A stretch of DNA of 43,611 nucleotides from Gemmatimonadaceae bacterium (GTDB taxonomy: Bacteria; Gemmatimonadota; Gemmatimonadetes; Gemmatimonadales; Gemmatimonadaceae), in the NCBI GenBank assembly GCA_040902005.1, contig JBBDYA010000021.1:1-43611 (forward strand), read 5' to 3'. Under the pieces are notes generated by a model, which saw only the letters and a program-made list of their open reading frames with translations, did not search any database and was not told the origin of the DNA. Position numbers and translations under genes: made by a program. Shown here piece after piece: positions 36,803 through 43,611 of this stretch (positions are counted from its first letter, which is position 1; each line of letters begins with the position of its first letter).

Positions 36803-38346
36803 CGTACGACGCGATCGTCATCGGCGCCGGCCCGAACGGACTGACCGCCGCCGCGACCCTCGCGAAGTCCGGCCGCACGGTGCTGGTACTCGAGAGCGCC
36901 CACGAGATCGGCGGGCACACGCGCACGATAGAGTTCACGCCGGGATTTCGTTCGCCGCTGAACGAGGACTGCGGCTGGCTGCCGCCGGCGGTGGCGAAGT
37001 CGCTCGGGATCACCCACCACGAATTGCACCGAGTCACTCGGCCGGTGACGATGAGCGTCGTTCGGAACGACGGCGCGCTCTGGTCGCTGCGCCCCGTGTC
37101 CGCGCAGGGCACCGCGGAGTCCGTGCGCGAGCTGTCCGACCGCGATGCGTCGCGCTGGCCGGCCTTTGTGAAGCGGATGCACCAGTTCGCGGGCATTCTC
37201 GAAACACTCTACCAGCTCCCTGCACCCGACATCGCCACCAGTTCGCTCCGAGAGATTCTCCCGCTCCTGGGCGTGGGTCGCAAGCTGCGCGCGCTGGGAC
37301 GCAGCGACATGATCGAGTTCCTGCGGATCATGCCAATGTCCATCCAGGATCTGGTGGACGACACGTTCGAGAGCGAGCTGCTCAAGGCCGCGATCGCGTC
37401 GAAAGCTGTGCGCGACCTTCAGCAGGGACCGCGCTCCGGTGGCACGACGTTCAATCTCCTGCACTACATGACCAGTGAGTCGGTCAGGTATTTCGGTGCC
37501 CGTCTCTGGACGCGCGGGGGGCCGGACGCCTTTGCGCGAGCGGCGGCGGATGTCGCGCGCGCGCGCGGCGTGGAGATTCGCACTGACGCGCGCGTGGAGC
37601 GTATCATCGTCGCGGAGTACGGCGTGCGGGGCGTCGTGCTCGCCGGCGGCGAGGAGATCGCCGCCCGCACGGTGATCTCCACTGCCGATCCGAAGCGCAC
37701 GCTGCTCGGACTCGTGGATCCTGTCTGGCTCGACCCGGACTTCATGCTCGCCGTGCGCAACATCAGGATGCGCGGCTGCACCGCGTACGTGCTGTACGCG
37801 CTGGATGCGCTGGAGGACCGGGACCGGCTGTTCGTGTCCTCCGTGAGCCTCACGTCGGATACTGCGTCGCTCGAGAAGGCCGCGGACGCGGCGAAGTACG
37901 GCGAGATCTCACCGTCGCCGCACGTCGAGTTCTTTGCGCCCACGCAACGCTGGCCCCAGCTGGCTCCGGAAGGAAAACACGTCGTGGCCGCGCGCGTGCA
38001 GTACGCGCCGTACCATCTCAGGTCGGGCGATTGGACGGCGGCCGATGCGGCCGGCATCGAGAGCCAGGTGAGATCCGCGATTGGACGGGTCATTCCGGGG
38101 TTCGACTCCACCGTGCTGCATCACCTGGTGCTGACGCCGCGCGATATCGAGGATCGCTTCGGAGCGACCGAGGGCGCGCTCACGCAGGGCGAGCGTGCGC
38201 TGGATCAGATTCTCTTCATGCGCCCGGTGCCGGGGTGGGGGCGGTACGCGACGCCCATAGACGGGCTGTATCTTGGCGGCGCAGGCGCGCACCCGGGCCA
38301 TGGCGTGCTCGGTGGGGCTGGCTGGCTGGCGGCGCGGAGTGTCTAA
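36799..38346 (+). CDS. Second phytoene-desaturase-like FAD-dependent oxidoreductase
   Basis: GTGA overlap; IGAGPNGL; DQILFMRP; GGAGAHPG. Confidence 0.9.
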   Translation: MTYDAIVIGAGPNGLTAAATLAKSGRTVLVLESAHEIGGHTRTIEFTPGFRSPLNEDCGWLPPAVAKSLGITHHELHRVTRPVTMSVVRNDGALWSLRPVSAQGTAESVRELSDRDASRWPAFVKRMHQFAGILETLYQLPAPDIATSSLREILPLLGVGRKLRALGRSDMIEFLRIMPMSIQDLVDDTFESELLKAAIASKAVRDLQQGPRSGGTTFNLLHYMTSESVRYFGARLWTRGGPDAFARAAADVARARGVEIRTDARVERIIVAEYGVRGVVLAGGEEIAARTVISTADPKRTLLGLVDPVWLDPDFMLAVRNIRMRGCTAYVLYALDALEDRDRLFVSSVSLTSDTASLEKAADAAKYGEISPSPHVEFFAPTQRWPQLAPEGKHVVAARVQYAPYHLRSGDWTAADAAGIESQVRSAIGRVIPGFDSTVLHHLVLTPRDIEDRFGATEGALTQGERALDQILFMRPVPGWGRYATPIDGLYLGGAGAHPGHGVLGGAGWLAARSV

Positions 38347-38427
38347 CCCTATTGGAGCAGCATCGCCTCTGTTGGAGGCGGCGGGTTCGTTCTGCTCGCC
38401 GCACCATACGCTTCCGGCAGCACCAGC

Positions 38428-38895
38428 ATGAAACAACTATCGCTGTGGCATTGCGACAAATGCGGCCGCGACTTCGCGAATCGCAATCAGACGCATGCGT
38501 GCCATCGGTACGAACTTGCCGATCACTTTAGCGGAAAGCGCCCGGAGATCCGCGCACTCTTCGATCAGTTTGTAGCAGCCGTCAGCGCATTCGGGCCGGT
38601 TAGCATTCTGCCGCAGAAGACTCGTATCGCGTTTCAAGTTCGGATGTCGTTTGCCCAGGTGACGCCTCGGAAGGACTGGCTGGACGGCCACGTGGTGCTC
38701 GCCCGCCGTCTTCAGCATCCGCGATTTCGTCGGATTCAGACCTTGTCGCCACGTAACCACGTTCACGAGTTCCGACTCACCACACTCAGCGACATCGACG
38801 CTGATGTTCGCGCATGGCTGGCGGAGGCCTACCTCGTCGGCGACCAGCAGCACCTCCGCACCACGAAACGGGCGCCTGGCCAGCGTTCCAGCTGA
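38428..38895 (+). CDS. DUF5655-like protein with N-terminal CxxC
   Basis: WHCDKCGRDF...HAC; KTRIAFQVRMSFA; IDADVRAWLAEAY. Confidence 0.78.
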   Translation: MKQLSLWHCDKCGRDFANRNQTHACHRYELADHFSGKRPEIRALFDQFVAAVSAFGPVSILPQKTRIAFQVRMSFAQVTPRKDWLDGHVVLARRLQHPRFRRIQTLSPRNHVHEFRLTTLSDIDADVRAWLAEAYLVGDQQHLRTTKRAPGQRSS

Positions 38896-38965
38896 CAAGC
38901 ACTTGTCGGATGCGCCGTCGTCGACATGGTGGTAATGTGCTTGCAGCTGAACTCAGGCGTTAGTT
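38874..38965 (+). mobile_element. attC-like integron cassette recombination site (R'' degenerate)
   Basis: GTTCCAGCTGACAAGCAC (38885-38902) pairs with GTGCTTGCAGCTGAAC (38937-38952), leaving two unpaired bases. R'-like GTTAGTT at 38959. R'' reads GCCTGGC instead of GCCTAAC. Confidence 0.72.
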
Positions 38966-38984
38966 CGCACCAACCGTCACCCCT

Positions 38985-39263
38985 ATGATCCCTGCGACGA
39001 TCTGGTGGATTGTTTTCGTCTCGCTGCTTGCCTCGCTGATTTACAGCCTCGTAGCCGCGTGGCGCCGAAGGATTCGCGGTGAGCCGACGCCGCTCCATGC
39101 TGTCGGAAACATTCCCATCTCCTCAGGATTGGCCCTCCTCGCTGGGTCGAACGCCATGGGAATCGAGAGTGTCGCCGCGGATCTGGGGAGCTTGATCCTC
39201 ATGCTGCTTGGCATCTTGCTCACCATCCGCGCCCGACTCGCGATATCGCGCCGGGCGATCTAA
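38985..39263 (+). CDS. Small hypothetical membrane protein in a gene cassette
   Basis: Three hydrophobic segments; bounded by GTTAGTTCGC (38959) and GCGATCTAAC (39255-39264, contains the stop), which are complementary at 9/10. Confidence 0.7.
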   Translation: MIPATIWWIVFVSLLASLIYSLVAAWRRRIRGEPTPLHAVGNIPISSGLALLAGSNAMGIESVAADLGSLILMLLGILLTIRARLAISRRAI

Positions 39264-39301
39264 CCCGACGCGTTGACGAGACTCATCCTTTGGCTGGCCG
39301 T

Positions 39302-39405
39302 GTGCAGTACGCGCCGTACCATCTCAAGTCGGGCGACTGGACGGCGGCCGATGCGGCCGGCATCGAGAATCTCTTCGGAGTGACCGAGGGCGCGCTCACG
39401 CAGGG
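39302..39405 (+). pseudogene. Internally deleted duplicate of part of oxidoreductase 36799-38346
   Basis: 39302-39368 matches 37996-38062 (65/67); 39362-39405 matches 38146-38189 (41/44). Confidence 0.9.
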
Positions 39406-39477
39406 AGATGCGGCAACGGCCGCGAGCACCAAGGGTGCTTACGGCCGTTCCCGCGGTCGACGGCGTGGCGAAGTGAC

Positions 39478-41943
39478 TCAGGCGCTCATGCTCGCCAGAA
39501 TTTGCCGTGCGTAGTCGGTGAGCGCGGCGCCGGTCGCGGCATCGAGTCGCCCGGTCCGGACGGCCGCGTTCACCTGGTTGATGAACGCATTGAGCTGCCC
39601 GCGCGCCGTGTTGGCGTTGCCGCGCTCGAGGCTGGCCAGCGCCGCGTCTACCGGGCCGCTGAAGGACGTGGCCATCCCGCCGGAGATGGCGCCGGAGGCC
39701 GCCAGGGCGCCGATCTGGCCCGTCAGCTGCGCCGCCGCCTGCGCCGGAGAAAGCACCACGACCGAGGCGATCGACGTGCCCACGCCGCCGTCCTTGTCCG
39801 TGATGCTCACGATAACCGTGAACGTGCCAGCGGCCCCGTACGTGTGACTCAGCGTGAACGCGTTGTCGGCGAGCGCCAGCGCGCTCGACGTGCCGTCGCC
39901 CCAGTCTACGGCGCCGACGTGCGTGTCGAGCGTACCGGCGTCCGTATACGTGCCGCCGCCGCCGTACGTCTCGCCGGCCATGATCTCAGCCGATGGAGTG
40001 GCGCTGACGGTGGGCGGTACGTTGGCGACGGTGACCGTGCTCGTGGCTGACGAACTCAGGCCGGCCGGGTCGCGCACGGTGACGCGTACGGTGAACGTGC
40101 CGTTGTCGGCGTATGTGTGGCTGGGTGTGGCGCCGCCATCGGCGAGCGTGGCGCCGTCGCCGAACTCCCAGTCGAAGGTGAGCGCATCGCCATCGGGGTC
40201 GTTCGAGCCACTGCCATTGAACGGGACGCTCGTGCCTTCCGAGCCGGTGTACGGCCCCCCGGCGTGCGCCATCGGGGCCTGGGTGGTGCTTGGTGTCTCG
40301 GCGATGGCGCTTGAGCCCCAGCAAGCGATGCTGAAGTCATGCTCGAGTCCGCAAGTCTGCGTCGACCCGGCGCTCAGCATGACGAACGACGCGGGCGGCG
40401 GGGTAGCGCGGCCCTGGCCGTTCCCTCCCCAGCACGAGGTGGCGCCGTCCAACGCGATGGCACACGCATGCAATCCGCCGACCGCGAGCGTTGTAAACGT
40501 CCCGCTGGGAGGCGATGCCTGGCCCGAGCTATTCAGGCCCCAACAGGAGATGTCGCCGTCAGTTCGAATCGCACACGCATAGGAACTGCCGACGCCAACA
40601 CTCGTGAACAACCCGCTGGGCGGCGTAAGCTGTCCCGCGCCGAGGCTGCCCCAGCAAGCCAGTGTCTGGTCGGTTCGAATCGCGCAGGCGAATCCAGTGC
40701 TTCCGCTCAAGTCGGTGAATGTCCCGGCCGGCGCGAGCCCAATACTGGCGCCCCAGCATGCGATGCTGCCGTCGGCACGTATGCCGCAGGTATAGAAGCC
40801 CGCAGCACTCACCCGCGAGAATGTCCCAGCTGGAGGCGTTGCCTGCCCGGTGTTGTTCACTCCCCAGCACAACACAAGTGAATCACTGCGAATGGCACAC
40901 GCGTGATTCATGCCGGCGCTCACTCGCGCAAAGGTTCCCGCTGGCGGCGTCGCCTGGTCGATCGGGTTGCTCCGCCAGCACTCGAGCGTACCATCCGAGA
41001 GCACTCCGCATGCGACATTCTGCCCGACCGAAATCTGCGCATACGTGGCCGTCGGCGCTTGCGCCTGGCCGTTTACGTTGCGGCCCCAGCATTGCACGTG
41101 GGCGTTGCTCGTGACCGCACAAGTATGGTCGAGGCCGGCGCTGACCTGCGTAAACGCGCCTGGCGGCGGGGTGGCCTCGCCGTCGTTGTTCGTGCCCCAA
41201 CATCTGACCTCGCCGCCAACCTGGAGGACGCAGGTATGCCCGTTGCCGGCACTCACCTGCACGACTGATCCAAGGTCGCCGGGAACTGAAACGTCAGCTG
41301 TCGTCGTGCTGCCCCAGCACGCCACTGTTCCGTCCGCGCGCAGCGCGCAGTTGTGCGAAGCGCTTGACGATACCTGAACGAACGTGCCAGGGATGGCGAA
41401 GGCGCCAGCGCCCGAACCCCAGCACGCGAGCGAGCCATCGATGCGAACGGCGCACGCGTGAACGCTACCCACACTAATCAGACTGAACTGGCCCACCGGT
41501 GGTGCGCCGAGGAGGTTCAGGTTCGTGCCCCAGCAAGTGATGGTCTGGTCGGCGCGAATCGCGCACAAAGGTGCAAAACCGACCGAGACTTGGAGGAACG
41601 TGCCCGTCGGCGCGTTGGCCTGACCGTTGTTGTTGACTCCCCAACACACAAGTGTTCCGTCGGACTTCAGACCGCAACCGTTGCTGCCGCCGATGGCGAC
41701 GCTAGCGAACAGAGCCTCCGGCGGCAGGGACTGGCCGAAGCCCGAATCGCCCCAGCACGCTACCGTGCCATCCAGCCGCCGAACGCACGTGAATCGATTG
41801 CCGGTGTGCACCTCGGCGACCGTACCGGGTGTGACCAGCACGGATTGGGGACCCATCTCAACCGGTGCAAGGCTGACGGGAGCGAAGCCATCACCGCAGG
41901 CCGTGACCAGCGTGAGCAAGACGAACGGCCAGCATCGACGCAT
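39478..41943 (-). CDS. Lipoprotein with RCC1/BLIP-II-like repeats, PKD domains and a C-terminal helical (FIMAH-like) domain
   Basis: Lipobox VTAC; about 14 repeats of VSAG..H.CA...DG...CWG; PKD motifs WEFGDG..HTY and DWGDG..HTY; GQLNAFINQV tail. Confidence 0.88.
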   Translation of the reverse strand: MRRCWPFVLLTLVTACGDGFAPVSLAPVEMGPQSVLVTPGTVAEVHTGNRFTCVRRLDGTVACWGDSGFGQSLPPEALFASVAIGGSNGCGLKSDGTLVCWGVNNNGQANAPTGTFLQVSVGFAPLCAIRADQTITCWGTNLNLLGAPPVGQFSLISVGSVHACAVRIDGSLACWGSGAGAFAIPGTFVQVSSSASHNCALRADGTVACWGSTTTADVSVPGDLGSVVQVSAGNGHTCVLQVGGEVRCWGTNNDGEATPPPGAFTQVSAGLDHTCAVTSNAHVQCWGRNVNGQAQAPTATYAQISVGQNVACGVLSDGTLECWRSNPIDQATPPAGTFARVSAGMNHACAIRSDSLVLCWGVNNTGQATPPAGTFSRVSAAGFYTCGIRADGSIACWGASIGLAPAGTFTDLSGSTGFACAIRTDQTLACWGSLGAGQLTPPSGLFTSVGVGSSYACAIRTDGDISCWGLNSSGQASPPSGTFTTLAVGGLHACAIALDGATSCWGGNGQGRATPPPASFVMLSAGSTQTCGLEHDFSIACWGSSAIAETPSTTQAPMAHAGGPYTGSEGTSVPFNGSGSNDPDGDALTFDWEFGDGATLADGGATPSHTYADNGTFTVRVTVRDPAGLSSSATSTVTVANVPPTVSATPSAEIMAGETYGGGGTYTDAGTLDTHVGAVDWGDGTSSALALADNAFTLSHTYGAAGTFTVIVSITDKDGGVGTSIASVVVLSPAQAAAQLTGQIGALAASGAISGGMATSFSGPVDAALASLERGNANTARGQLNAFINQVNAAVRTGRLDAATGAALTDYARQILASMSA

Positions 41944-42304
41944 GGGGTTCTCCCAATTGTGACAGCGTTGTTTGATGCATCTACAACTGCCTGCGGGCGT
42001 CGACGACTTTCACCCCTTGCAACTCGACTACGCCCCCTCGGACTCCGGCACGGCGGACTTAGTCTACGTTGGTGTTAGAGACCCAGCAATACCTAAGACA
42101 TCCGTTCGGATGAACACATGCCGCCGCGTTTGACCGTGCCACGCTCAACTTGCTGCCGGATGAAGCCCGGAGTGCTTGCATGGGACCTGCCGCGGTGTCG
42201 AGCCAGCGACGGCCTTCCGCCGACCGACCATCCGGGTCCGCCGATCGCGATCTCCCAATGGCCTCGACGAGCAGGCGAAGGGTGTTCACCACCCAGGAGC
42301 CGAA

Positions 42305-43561
42305 TCAACCGTCCGCGTGCATTGCCTCACTCGCCTGGATCGCGAGGATCCGCCGTGCAGGCACAAGACAGGAGCTCAGTCCCACGAGTGCCACGATTCC
42401 GGTCGAGAGACCAAGCGCGACGGCCATCGATTGCGACAATGATCCACCGCCATCAGGCGTACCGGTCAACTCGAACACAAACCGTGCGGCAATCGGAAGA
42501 CCGATCGCGGCTCCCAGCCCGATCTGCACCAGCGAGCGTTTCAGGATCGTCATGAGCAGCGCACGACGCGATGCGCCAAGCGCCGCACGGATGCCGATTT
42601 CGCGAGTTCGCTCCGAGACGGCGAGGGAGACCATGGCGTACAGGCCGGAGGTCGCCAGGGCGATGAGCACGCCGACCAGCACGATGAGGCCGGCTGCGAG
42701 CCCCATCACGAGGTACCAGTCGCCCTGTCGCACGTCACTGAGCACCGTCGCCCTGGATATCACGAGATCCGGATCGATTGCCATCGCCAGTTCGCGCACG
42801 TGGGCGGTCAGGCTGGCTGGCGGCACCACCGCGTGCACGGCCAACTGCATCGGGTTGATGGCGCCCGGCGCTGCCGGCAGGTACACGGCCTCGCCGCGGT
42901 CGGGGTTCACCACGTTCACGCCCAGGGGACCGACGACGCCGACGATCTCGTACCACGTCGAAGTGCCCGTGTCGGAGGGTGCAGGAAATCGCACGCGCCG
43001 GCCGATCGGGTCGCGTCCATCGAGCACACGCTCCACGAACGCCCTGTTCACGATGGCGACGCGCGCCCCCCCCCCTTCCTCCGCATCGGTGCGCGCAAAA
43101 TCGCGCCCGCTGAGGATCGGGGTCTCGAGGGCGTCCATGAAGTCCACGTCGACATGCGCCAGTCGTGTCCAGCGCAGCGGCGCATCCGGCGCACGGTCCA
43201 CACCTTCCAATTCGTAGGGTCGTGACCGGTGCTCCATGCGTGGAAGCGCGTCACCCACGGCCACGCGCCTGACTCCAGGTTCCCGCTCGAGGGCAGCGAC
43301 GAGTTCGCGCTGCGCCGCGGCGAGTTGCACACGCAGTCGATCAGGAGCGCCGGCCGCGCGCGCATCCATAGATGTCGTTGCGCCCTCTGGCAGACGAAAC
43401 TCCACCGCCAGGTACTCCGACGCCGGAATACCCGTCGCACGATTCGCCGCCTGCAGATCCGTGGCGTGACCGGAGACCGCCAACGCCATCCCTACCGCCG
43501 CGACGGATATGGCGATATCAGCCACCACCAATGCACCGGTCAGCCTACCGAAGCGAACACG
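42305..43561 (-). CDS. C-terminal half of a second duplicated ABC permease (5' truncated at contig end)
   Basis: Frame stays open up to the poly-G (RVRFGRLTGALVVADIA); AIVNRAF; ERTREIGIRAALGA; CLVPARR. Confidence 0.85.
   Translation of the reverse strand, partial: RVRFGRLTGALVVADIAISVAAVGMALAVSGHATDLQAANRATGIPASEYLAVEFRLPEGATTSMDARAAGAPDRLRVQLAAAQRELVAALEREPGVRRVAVGDALPRMEHRSRPYELEGVDRAPDAPLRWTRLAHVDVDFMDALETPILSGRDFARTDAEEGGGARVAIVNRAFVERVLDGRDPIGRRVRFPAPSDTGTSTWYEIVGVVGPLGVNVVNPDRGEAVYLPAAPGAINPMQLAVHAVVPPASLTAHVRELAMAIDPDLVISRATVLSDVRQGDWYLVMGLAAGLIVLVGVLIALATSGLYAMVSLAVSERTREIGIRAALGASRRALLMTILKRSLVQIGLGAAIGLPIAARFVFELTGTPDGGGSLSQSMAVALGLSTGIVALVGLSSCLVPARRILAIQASEAMHADG

Positions 43562-43611
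<50 letters not shown>

Noticed and set aside
35192..38346. Carotenoid biosynthesis (crtI) assignment
   Set aside because: No crtB or crtE nearby; the gcvT-like context points to another function.
38341..38420. Complete attC after oxidoreductase 2
   Set aside because: RYYYAAC is present, but arm pairing is weak and no GTTRRRY sits at the right position; at most a remnant.
41944..42304. Small ORFs or ncRNA in the 360-bp intergenic region
   Set aside because: No recognisable protein motif or convincing RNA structure.

Overview
High-GC (visibly about 70%) bacterial contig end, probably Gemmatimonadota or a related Acidobacteriota-like lineage (inferred from the PadR plus duplicated-permease pair, DUF4159 and RCC1/PKD lipoprotein gene content). 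It holds about 40 protein-coding genes. No rRNA, tRNA, CRISPR array, integrase or transposase was recognised. Main blocks, left to right: S9 peptidase; FAH-DUF1080 fusion split at a G14 run; otsA; a 3.27-kb PadR/permease/Crp-fragment module bounded by a 55-bp direct repeat of the 3' end of a permuted multicopper-oxidase-like gene; a probable low-oxygen/dormancy cluster (NarL-type regulator, a HisKA_3 kinase lacking its phospho-His, a FixL-like PAS kinase, three universal stress proteins, a P1B-5 ATPase, and a shared 15-bp upstream motif); a standalone Cys-free rpsD; a SulP/TerB/Ser-Thr kinase/AAC(6')-like run; bacterial topoisomerase IB; a gcvT-like/crcB/two FAD oxidoreductase operon; integron-cassette (attC) remnants with no integrase, followed by an internally deleted duplicate of part of the preceding gene; an RCC1-PKD lipoprotein; and a truncated permease running into terminal poly-G. 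All family assignments come from motif recognition by eye, not database searches.
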